Notes under the pieces: model-generated | The model's input: only the letters and a program-made list of their open reading frames with translations | What the model was told of the DNA's origin: nothing | Database searches by the model: none | Position numbers and translations under genes: made by a program | Shown: in pieces, positions 38,572-46,155 of the stretch | How positions within the stretch are numbered: position 1 is the stretch's first letter | Layout of the letters: each line of letters starts with the position of its first letter | From: Chitinophagaceae bacterium | GTDB taxonomy: Bacteria; Bacteroidota; Bacteroidia; Chitinophagales; Chitinophagaceae | Direction of reading: 5' to 3' | Assembly (NCBI GenBank): GCA_039921625.1 | Contig: JBDSBL010000088.1 | Location: forward strand, 1-46,155 | Length of the DNA: 46,155 nt

Positions 38572-39729
38572 ATGTCACATTGGGGATCATTAGCAGACCG
38601 TTATGAAAGTAAAAAAAGGCGGAAGATTTTAGCATTGGATGGGGGAGGCATTCGGGGAGTGATCACACTCCAAATATTGGCTGAAATGGAAAAGCAGTTA
38701 AAGGAAAAATCCGGCAAGGGAGATGCTTTTCGACTAAGCGATTTCTTTGATTATATAGGAGGCACCAGTACCGGGGCCATTATTGCTGCCGGCCTTTCTA
38801 TTGGCATGTCTGTACAGGAGTTGTTGGATTTTTATTTGCACAAAGGCAAAGATATGTTCGATAAGAATTTTTTATTGAAGCAGTGGAAATCCTTGTACGG
38901 ATCAGGACCGTTGATTGAAATGTTGAAGGAAACTTTTGGAGCAGATACAACTATGGAAATCGACAATGGTAAATTTAAATCTTTGCTATTGATAGTTACT
39001 ATGAACCGTACTACGGATTCTCCATGGCCTATTACCAACAATCCTTTAGCAAAATACAACGACCGTTCGAGGCCTGATTGCAACGCCAAAATAAAGTTGT
39101 TTCAATTGGTACGGGCCAGTACGGCTGCGCCGGTATATTTTCCTCCGGAAACAATGCAGTGGGACGAGAACGATCCGGCAAAAACATTTGTATTTGTAGA
39201 TGGAGGAGTAACGCCGTATAACAACCCGGCTTTCTTAATGTATCGGATGGCCACGCAACCTGCGTATAATTTGGAGTGGGAGATAGGAGAAGATAAATTG
39301 CTGATCGTATCAGTAGGTACGGGCTCTGCACCTACCTCAGGCGAGTACCACAATTTGTTGGAATCAGTAAAAGGATTGCCAACCAACTTAATGTATGCCA
39401 TGCAGGTTGATCAGGATATTAATTGCCGCACAGTTGGCCGTTGTACTTTTGGAGCTCCTATTGATCGGGAATTAAAAGACCTGGTACCAATGGATAGCAA
39501 TGGAAATGTGCTGGACCTTTCTCAAGATACAAAACGCCATTTTTTATATGTGCGCTACAATGCAGATTTAAGCCAGGAGGCGTTAAATGAATTAAATTTA
39601 AATCATATAGAATCGGATCATGTTCGGGAAATGGATTCTGTAAAATACATAGATCAACTGCAGGAAGTAGGAAAGGCAGTAGGAGAGAAACAAGTGTCAG
39701 TAACCCATTTTGGTTCGTTCGTTTCTTAA
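38572..39729 (+). CDS. Patatin-like phospholipase
   Basis: ILALDGGGIRG oxyanion loop, GTSTG (S66), RASTAAPVYF, VDGG (D210), NNP and VSVGTG. Confidence 0.93.
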   Translation: MSHWGSLADRYESKKRRKILALDGGGIRGVITLQILAEMEKQLKEKSGKGDAFRLSDFFDYIGGTSTGAIIAAGLSIGMSVQELLDFYLHKGKDMFDKNFLLKQWKSLYGSGPLIEMLKETFGADTTMEIDNGKFKSLLLIVTMNRTTDSPWPITNNPLAKYNDRSRPDCNAKIKLFQLVRASTAAPVYFPPETMQWDENDPAKTFVFVDGGVTPYNNPAFLMYRMATQPAYNLEWEIGEDKLLIVSVGTGSAPTSGEYHNLLESVKGLPTNLMYAMQVDQDINCRTVGRCTFGAPIDRELKDLVPMDSNGNVLDLSQDTKRHFLYVRYNADLSQEALNELNLNHIESDHVREMDSVKYIDQLQEVGKAVGEKQVSVTHFGSFVS

Positions 39730-39738
39730 TAAAATTTT

Positions 39739-41736
39739 ATGCAGGCATTTATTGTTCGACCATTTGGTATCAAGCAGGATATTGATTTTGAAAAGGTAGA
39801 AAGGGAATTAATCCAACCGGCCCTCAAGGCGGTAAATGTGGCTGGAGCTACTACTGCAAAAATTGTAGAAGCAGGCAATATCAGAGAAGATATGTTTAGT
39901 CAGTTGTTGCTGGCAGATTTGGTAATTGCAGATCTTTCTATTCACAACGCTAACGTATTTTATGAGTTGGGTATACGTCATGCGCTTCGCGATAAGAAAA
40001 CCTTCCTTATTCGCAGCAATAAAGACGAAATACCATTTGATTTAAAAACGGACCGTTATCTTTCTTACGATGCGGCAAACCCTGCCGCTTCAATACCTTC
40101 TTTAATAGAAGGTTTGAAAGCAACTCTTCTTTCAGACAGGCAGGACAGCCCCGTCTTTTTTATGCTCCCCAAATTAGCAGCTCAGGACCCTGATCTTTTT
40201 TTGGTAGTACCATCAGACTTTGGTGAAGAAGTAGAAGTGGCTAAAGCGGGCAAGCAATTAGGAAAACTTGCCTTGCTTGCCTTTGAAGCACAGGGTTTCC
40301 CCTGGGAAATGCAGGCATTGCGTAGCATTGGAGATGTACTTTATTGTTTGAAAAACTTTGAAGATGCGCTAATTATTTGGGAAAAAGTAAGAACGCGTTA
40401 TCCATTAGATTTGGATGCTAATGACCGATTGGCTACCTGTTATCAACGGCTGGCCGAAAGGGAAATGACTACTAACGAAGCCAATGGACTGGAATTACTG
40501 GCACTATCTGACCTGGCGGTAAAAAGAATTCTTGATAATTATTTGAAACTGGATAAAAACAAACGGGCTGAGATTTATTCATTAAAAGCAAGAAATGCAA
40601 AAACAAAATGGATCAATTCCTGGCGAAACTCTTCCAAAGAAGATCGAGCAAAAAATGCATTGCATTCCCCTTTTTTAGAAGAAGCGTATAAAGATTATTT
40701 GCATGGTTATACAGAAGATTTAAATCACTTTTATTCGGGCATCAACGCACTTGGTTTGCTCACTACCATTATTTCTTTAGCCCAAAGTGTACCACAGGAG
40801 TGGAGCGGTGAATATGATTCGGATGAGGAAGCCGCCAACGCATTGAAAAAATATATTGACCAACAAACAAAACTGATTACCGTAGTACAAATATCCATTG
40901 ATTCAGAAAAAATGCGGATGGAAAGTGAACAGAAAAAGGATCCCTGGCTGAGTATGACTGAAGCAGATTTTGCCTGCCTTACACAATCAAGACCGCAGCG
41001 CATTACCAGCATTTATCAGAAAGTAATAGGGGAAGCAAATGATCTAAATTTTGATGCCGCCAAAAGGCAATTACTAATTTATGAACAACTAAATGTGCTG
41101 CCTGCCAATATTAGTGCTGCCCTTTCTGCCTTTGCGGCTGTAAAAGAAAATGAAGTAGTTAAAAAACAATATTACTTTTTATTTACCGGCCATATGATTG
41201 ACAAAAGCGACCGGGCCATTCCAAGATTTCCCCCGGCAAAAGAAGCAGCTGTTCGTGCTGCTATAATGGAAGCAGTGGAAAAGGAAAAAGCATCCATTAG
41301 CGGGTCTATATTAGGAATAGCTGGAGGAGCTTGTGGTGGTGATATTATTTTCCATGAAGTGTGTGGTGAACTAGGCATTCCTAGCGAATTGCTATTGGCT
41401 TTGCCACGTGAATTGTTTGTGGTAAACTCAGTGCAACGTGCTGGTGTTGCATGGGTAAACAGGTTCAATAGTCTATTTACAAAACTTCCTAAAAAGGTGT
41501 TATCCCAAACCGAAGAGATGCCTAAATGGCTGCAGAAAAAAGAAAACTACAGCATTTGGGAACGCAATAATTTGTGGATGCTAAACAATGGGCTAGCCTG
41601 CGGCGGAATGCAGCTTTGCTTATTTGCTTTGTGGGATGGAAAGATGGGTGACGGCGTAGGAGGTACGCAACATATGGTGGAGGAAGCACAAAAAAGAGGC
41701 GCTAAAACAATCATTATTGATATAAATAAATTGTAG
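39739..41736 (+). CDS. Multidomain protein: NDT/deoxyribohydrolase-like N-terminus, DUF4071 (MAP3K TRAF-binding)/TPR sensor region, C-terminal SLOG-like domain
   Basis: AFIVRPFG, ADLVIADLS..NANVFYELGIRHA and IPFD; HFYSGINAL and DPWLSMTEAD; LFTGHMID..RFP, GACGGDIIFHE, WERNN and LWDG..GDG.GGT. Confidence 0.75.
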   Translation: MQAFIVRPFGIKQDIDFEKVERELIQPALKAVNVAGATTAKIVEAGNIREDMFSQLLLADLVIADLSIHNANVFYELGIRHALRDKKTFLIRSNKDEIPFDLKTDRYLSYDAANPAASIPSLIEGLKATLLSDRQDSPVFFMLPKLAAQDPDLFLVVPSDFGEEVEVAKAGKQLGKLALLAFEAQGFPWEMQALRSIGDVLYCLKNFEDALIIWEKVRTRYPLDLDANDRLATCYQRLAEREMTTNEANGLELLALSDLAVKRILDNYLKLDKNKRAEIYSLKARNAKTKWINSWRNSSKEDRAKNALHSPFLEEAYKDYLHGYTEDLNHFYSGINALGLLTTIISLAQSVPQEWSGEYDSDEEAANALKKYIDQQTKLITVVQISIDSEKMRMESEQKKDPWLSMTEADFACLTQSRPQRITSIYQKVIGEANDLNFDAAKRQLLIYEQLNVLPANISAALSAFAAVKENEVVKKQYYFLFTGHMIDKSDRAIPRFPPAKEAAVRAAIMEAVEKEKASISGSILGIAGGACGGDIIFHEVCGELGIPSELLLALPRELFVVNSVQRAGVAWVNRFNSLFTKLPKKVLSQTEEMPKWLQKKENYSIWERNNLWMLNNGLACGGMQLCLFALWDGKMGDGVGGTQHMVEEAQKRGAKTIIIDINKL

Positions 41737-41831
41737 CAAAACATTTTATCTACATCGGGAATTGCTTTAGCGCCTCTGATTATTTAATTAGAAACCAACG
41801 ATTGTTAGTTGATAAATAATTCATTAAAACA

Positions 41832-42614
41832 TTAGGAAGCTTCTTTCATAGCAAGTGGTTTTGCCTCGCTAATTGTTTCAGAAGCGACACCTGCTATTTT
41901 GATAATTTTTGCCTTCGCCAATAATTTAATGATTGGATAAGTAAAGTCAAATTCTCCTTTTTTAGCCGCAAAGTTGGTTCGGGAAGGGTGTACGTGGTGA
42001 TTGTTGTGATAACCTTCTCCCATCATCAAAACATCAACCTTGAAAAGATTTTTAGACGTATTATCTGTTTCAAAATTCACGTTGCCATACTTATGGGCAA
42101 ACCAGTTAATGATTACACCATGAAGCGGCCCCATCACACAATGAAAAGGGATAAGTAAAAACCACCAATAAGAAGGAGCAAAAGCTACATAAATCATAAT
42201 GTAGATACCAACCCACAACAAGCGGGCAGGCCAGTTATTAGCCCAAAGATCAAAACTTCTCCATTCAGGAACGTTTTTAGTAAACTTTTCTTCTACCGGC
42301 ACTCTTTGGTATAAAATATTTGTATATGCTTCTTTCGTCCGCCACATCATAGCAAACATATTCTTATCATAAGAAGGAGAATGAGGGTCGTTTTCCGTAT
42401 CAGTATACGCATGATGTATGCGGTGCATAATGCCATATGCCCACGGACTTAAATAAGAAGAACCCTGTGTGATGTAGGCAAAAACAAAAAAGAAACGTTC
42501 CCATCCTTTGCTCATAGAAAATGCTTTATGAGCAGCGTATCGGTGTTGAAAAAAAGTTTGGGAAAAAAGAGACAAATACCAATGGGCAATAAAGAAAAGA
42601 ATAATAACGAGCAT
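41832..42614 (-). CDS. Fatty acid (acyl-CoA delta-9-type) desaturase
   Basis: Three His boxes (HRYAAH, HRIHHAYTD..DPHSP, GEGYHNNHH); start moved to ATG 42614. Confidence 0.92.
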   Translation of the reverse strand: MLVIILFFIAHWYLSLFSQTFFQHRYAAHKAFSMSKGWERFFFVFAYITQGSSYLSPWAYGIMHRIHHAYTDTENDPHSPSYDKNMFAMMWRTKEAYTNILYQRVPVEEKFTKNVPEWRSFDLWANNWPARLLWVGIYIMIYVAFAPSYWWFLLIPFHCVMGPLHGVIINWFAHKYGNVNFETDNTSKNLFKVDVLMMGEGYHNNHHVHPSRTNFAAKKGEFDFTYPIIKLLAKAKIIKIAGVASETISEAKPLAMKEAS

Positions 42615-42705
42615 GGAAAATTGTATTAAATAAATTGCTTTTATAAATGGTAAGGGGTATATAAAATTTGCAATTAACAAACTAAACAAGATCTCATTTT
42701 TATTT

Positions 42706-42735
42706 AAAAACCTGCATCAATTCGGCAGGTTTTTT
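42706..42735. terminator. Terminator-like hairpin upstream of the desaturase
   Basis: AAAAACCTGC-N9-GCAGGTTTTTT. Confidence 0.6.
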
Positions 42736-42913
42736 ACATATTATGGGCTCCTCTTACCTATTTAAAGAACAGGCACAAAGGTGCATATTTTATCACGTAT
42801 TGGCGGCAGAAAATTGTTAATTAAAAGAAGAATCGTCTCTATTTATTAGATAGAAATAATTGGAAGTTGCCGCTAAGAATAGTTGCACATTGGGAAAAAG
42901 GAAATGCATCCTT

Positions 42914-43177
42914 TTACTTGGTGCCTATTTCTGCCATATGTTCTTTGATGGCGTCACTAAGTATGCTTTGCGAACTTTCAATCCAGGGAGGAAGATTAGG
43001 AACTTCTGTCACCCATTCACCTGCTGCACCTTTTACCATTTGAAAGGTAATTCTGTTGCCGCGATCGTCAGGAACATCTACATTGTATTTCAACTCATTT
43101 CCTGCGGTTAGCTGGCGAAAATTAAATTCACGCTGCCTTTCGCCTGCCTTCATCACTTTTGAAAAATAGATACTCAT
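42914..43177 (-). CDS. Small hypothetical protein
   Basis: 87-aa ORF with A-rich start context; globular-looking (REFNFR, YNVDVPDDRGNR, LPPWI). Confidence 0.8.
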   Translation of the reverse strand: MSIYFSKVMKAGERQREFNFRQLTAGNELKYNVDVPDDRGNRITFQMVKGAAGEWVTEVPNLPPWIESSQSILSDAIKEHMAEIGTK

Positions 43178-43183
43178 TTGTTT

Positions 43184-43216
43184 AAAAATAAAAGGGTTTC
43201 AATCGCTGAAACCCTT
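43184..43216 (-). terminator. Terminator downstream of tRNA-Arg
   Basis: AAGGGTTTCA/TGAAACCCTT stem followed by a T-rich tract on the minus strand. Confidence 0.75.
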
Positions 43217-43224
43217 ATAAAGTG

Positions 43225-43298
43225 TGACCGCGTCAGGATTCAAACCTGAAACCTTCTGATCCGTAGTCAGATGCTCTATTCAATTGAGCTACGCAGCC
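43225..43298 (-). tRNA. tRNA-Arg (ACG)
   Basis: Reverse complement is GGCTGCGTAGCTCAATTGAATAGAGCATCTGACTACGGATCAGAAGGTTTCAGGTTTGAATCCTGACGCGGTCA. It forms a cloverleaf with anticodon ACG; CCA is not encoded; TATTTTTG promoter at 43310-43317. Confidence 0.96.
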
Positions 43299-43472
43299 AT
43301 AGCGGGCAGCAAAAATAAGGATATTTACAAAACGAAAAAGTCAAATTTTAAACCTTTCCAATTTATTTTTTAATTACAGCTTTTTCCTGCGGTCTGTACG
43401 TTAAAAGGCAAATAATTAAACCAAACTTACTTTTCTAATATATCATCTTTAAAAAAGTTGTGGATTCAGCAT

Positions 43473-45401
43473 TTAATAATGGTGACGAACAAATGCCTCC
43501 ATGGCAGCATAATGCGTTAACCCAAGTTGTGCATACAAGCTCGCCGTAAAAGCGTTTCGCTCTTCCGCCCGCTGCCAAAACTCTCGTGCATCACTACCTT
43601 GAAACGGTACCATATCTTTTTGAGATTGGTGTATAAATATTCCATGGCGCTTTTTCATTACCTGATCCGGGCTCATGGGAATGGCCATTTCAATTTCCTC
43701 TATATTCCATTCTTGCCAGGCTCCTTTGTACAACCAAAGCCAGCAATCGCTTAGCCAGGAATCGCCATCTTCCTTTATTCTTTTTAGGGCTTCAAATACT
43801 ACATCAAGGCATACCCGGTGAGTGCCGTGCGGGTCCGCAAGGTCGCCGGCGCAAAATACCTGTTGTGGTTTTATTTGCCGTAGCAAATCTACGGTTCGCT
43901 GAATGTCCTCTTCTCCCATTGGGTTTTTTTCAATAGTGCCGGTTTCATAAAAAGGCAAGTTTTGAAAATGAATATTTTCTTCTTTAATACCTACATATCG
44001 GCAGGTTGCTTTCGCTTCTCCGCGTCGTATCAAACCCTTAATAGCTCTTATCTGCTGCGTATCTACTTCATTGGTTTTTTTGCGGGATAAATAATTGCGA
44101 ACCTCTTTATAAATGGCCGCACTTGCCTCATTATTATTGCCCGCAATTTCTTCAAAGCCTACGGCAAAATCAATAAAGCGGGTTACAAATTCATCAGTAA
44201 CGGCAATGTTGCCTGAGGTTTGGTAAGCCACATGCACATCATGTCCCTGATCGTGCAGGCGCTGAAAAGTGCCACCCATACTTATAATATCATCATCTGG
44301 GTGTGGAGAAAAGATAATAACCCGTTTTGGAAAAGGTGTAGACCGCTCCGGGTGTTTTGGAATAGCTACATTAGGTTTACCACCGGGCCATCCCGTAATG
44401 GTATCGCGAAGCATATAATAAACTTCTAAATTTATTTCATAAGCATCGCCCTTTTCAACCAAAAGATCACCAAGTCCAAATTCATTATAATCATTGTTTG
44501 TAAGCGACAAAACTGATTTTTTCAACTTAAGCGCCATGTTAACAACAGCCCGCCTTGTCGTTTTATCCGTCCACTCAATTTCGCCGGTCAGCCATGGGCT
44601 TTTAAACCGTGTAAGATCAGCAGCGGCCGGTTCATCCACTACAAAAACAGTATCACTGTGTTGCTGTAATAATGAGGCAGGAACGCTTTCTGTTACATTG
44701 CCTTCAACGGCCTTTTGTACTACAGCCGATTTGCCTTGTCCCCATGCTAATAAAATAATTTTTTTTGCTTTAAGTATCGTGCTGATACCAGCAGTAATGG
44801 CAAGCCGCGGCACTTCTGATATATTCGCAAATTCATAAGCATTAGCCAGCCTTGTTGAATTTTCTAAATTGATTAACCGGGTACGGGAATTAATACTTGA
44901 GCCAGGTTCATTAAAACCAATATGACCATTGTTCCCAATGCCTAAAATCTGGAGATCAATACCACCCGCTTCATCAATCTTTCGCTCATAATCTGCACAA
45001 TGTTTCTTGATACCATCTTTTGGCAATTCTCCATTGGGAATGTGTATGTTGGCAGGGTTTATATCTATCTGATCAAATAACAACCGGTGCATAAAACTAT
45101 TGTAGCTCTGTATCGCATCATTGTCGATAGGGTAGTATTCGTCCAGGTTAAAAGTGATAACATTTTTAAAACTTAATCCTTCATTCTTGTGCATCCGCAC
45201 CAGTTCTGAATAAAGTGTTTTGGGTGTGGAGCCCGTAGCCAGCCCAAGTACTACCTTTTCGTTATTGCTTTGTTTTTTCCGGATCAGTGCTGCTATTTCA
45301 TTGGCTGCAAAAAAGGAACCGTCCTTAAGATCGCTAAAAATTTTTACCGGAATTCGTTCAAAGGAATCAATCAAATTAATCTCGGCTATTTGGTCAGGCA
45401 T
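43473..45401 (-). CDS. nagB: Glucosamine-6-phosphate deaminase fused to a C-terminal PIG-L/LmbE-like domain
   Basis: LGLATGSTP, FNLDEYY and GIGNNGHIGFNEPGS; C-terminal FSPHPDDD and DPHGTH. Confidence 0.95.
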   Translation of the reverse strand: MPDQIAEINLIDSFERIPVKIFSDLKDGSFFAANEIAALIRKKQSNNEKVVLGLATGSTPKTLYSELVRMHKNEGLSFKNVITFNLDEYYPIDNDAIQSYNSFMHRLLFDQIDINPANIHIPNGELPKDGIKKHCADYERKIDEAGGIDLQILGIGNNGHIGFNEPGSSINSRTRLINLENSTRLANAYEFANISEVPRLAITAGISTILKAKKIILLAWGQGKSAVVQKAVEGNVTESVPASLLQQHSDTVFVVDEPAAADLTRFKSPWLTGEIEWTDKTTRRAVVNMALKLKKSVLSLTNNDYNEFGLGDLLVEKGDAYEINLEVYYMLRDTITGWPGGKPNVAIPKHPERSTPFPKRVIIFSPHPDDDIISMGGTFQRLHDQGHDVHVAYQTSGNIAVTDEFVTRFIDFAVGFEEIAGNNNEASAAIYKEVRNYLSRKKTNEVDTQQIRAIKGLIRRGEAKATCRYVGIKEENIHFQNLPFYETGTIEKNPMGEEDIQRTVDLLRQIKPQQVFCAGDLADPHGTHRVCLDVVFEALKRIKEDGDSWLSDCWLWLYKGAWQEWNIEEIEMAIPMSPDQVMKKRHGIFIHQSQKDMVPFQGSDAREFWQRAEERNAFTASLYAQLGLTHYAAMEAFVRHHY

Positions 45402-45511
45402 AATGTAATGGTTGAAGCTTTAAAGATAAGAAGCCATTCACAACGTATTTTATATTGTGCAATCGTTTGTACCAACAAAAGGTACCAACAATACATGCAG
45501 TGGTAATCCGC

Positions 45512-46155
45512 TCACTGCTGGAGTACCGGCAGTATAATGCCTGAAGGATATTTGCTGTTGTGATAAATTTTTATATCCGCTTTTTGAAAATCTTTTGCAT
45601 CGGCCTCATAAATATTGACAAACTTTTGCGGATTTCTATCTACCAATGGAAACCATGAACTTTGAATTTGCACCATGATGCGGTGTCCTTTTTTAAATGT
45701 ATGCGCTACATCGGGCATATAGAAATTTACCTTTTCAATAGTACCTGGCTTGAAGGGTTCCGGCTTTTCAAAACTTTTGCGAAACTTGCCGCGCATTACT
45801 TCTCCGCGAACCAACATTTGATAACCTCCCGCGGGGTAAGAGACACCAGTTGGTGATGGTCCTTCATATTTAAAATCATCGGGAAATACATCAATTAATT
45901 TCACTACAAAGTCAGCATCGGTAGTAGATATGGAAGCAAACAAATCTGCATATAGGGAACCGGCAAGCGTGACATCTTTTTCCAAATCAGGAGTTTGAAA
46001 TACCACTACATCCGGCCTGCGGGAAGCAAAGCGTTGGTCGTCCGTCATATACTCACGCGTACGCTGCAGGTGCACATCTTCTGTATAAGGAACTGGTTTT
46101 GCGGGATCGCTGGTATATTGTGAAAAACTGTTTCCATCTGTTGGTTTTTTCCAAT
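45512..46155 (-). CDS. CocE/NonD family hydrolase, C-terminal part (truncated by the window edge)
   Basis: Frame stays open to the window end; YTSDPAKPVPY, DQRFASRRPDV, DADFVVKLIDV and FKKGHRIMVQIQSSWFP. Confidence 0.9.
   Translation of the reverse strand, partial: WKKPTDGNSFSQYTSDPAKPVPYTEDVHLQRTREYMTDDQRFASRRPDVVVFQTPDLEKDVTLAGSLYADLFASISTTDADFVVKLIDVFPDDFKYEGPSPTGVSYPAGGYQMLVRGEVMRGKFRKSFEKPEPFKPGTIEKVNFYMPDVAHTFKKGHRIMVQIQSSWFPLVDRNPQKFVNIYEADAKDFQKADIKIYHNSKYPSGIILPVLQQ

Noticed and set aside
38572-39729. Patatin as part of a canonical CBASS (CapV)
   Set aside because: No CD-NTase, E1/E2, JAB or HORMA gene is adjacent; only the effector fold is shared.
43225-43298. tRNA pseudogene, because of the TTTGAAT T-loop, G-U pairs and missing CCA
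   Set aside because: All stems pair and it has a promoter and terminator; CCA can be added post-transcriptionally.
43473-45401. NagB-PIG-L fusion as a novelty
   Set aside because: This long NagB form is common in Bacteroidota.
262-45856. Many 60-170 aa ORFs antisense to or overlapping larger genes, plus 33925-34110
   Set aside because: They are shadow ORFs of well-supported genes or low-complexity AT-rich frames with no motifs.
1-46155. CRISPR array, IS element or rRNA
   Set aside because: No regularly spaced repeats, transposase ORFs, terminal inverted repeats or rRNA-like sequence were seen by eye.

Overview
This is a 46 kb chromosomal segment from a Bacteroidota genome, most likely Chitinophagaceae. 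The evidence is TAnnTTTG-type -7 promoters, A-rich start regions without Shine-Dalgarno sites, a T9SS C-terminal sorting domain, fused SecDF and a long NagB. Most of it is housekeeping: FKBP PPIase, pepT, methylmalonyl-CoA mutase, IscA/HesB, secDF, aminotransferase, nusB-DUF1573-yajC, coaE, groES/groEL, rocD, ispE, etfAB, tilS, rhomboid, rlmH, desaturase, tRNA-Arg(ACG), nagB and a partial CocE/NonD hydrolase. The accessory part (about 34.2-41.7 kb) holds a secreted atypical-kinase-like protein, a T9SS-exported PhoX, and a tight three-gene operon at 37944-41736. The operon encodes a signal-less Zn peptidoglycan amidase, a patatin phospholipase, and an NDT/deoxyribohydrolase-like + DUF4071/TPR + SLOG-like protein. 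It is the best candidate for an uncharacterised nucleotide-signalling conflict or anti-phage self-lysis system. I saw no integrase, IS, prophage or CRISPR array. All family calls come from motif recognition by eye; no searches were run.
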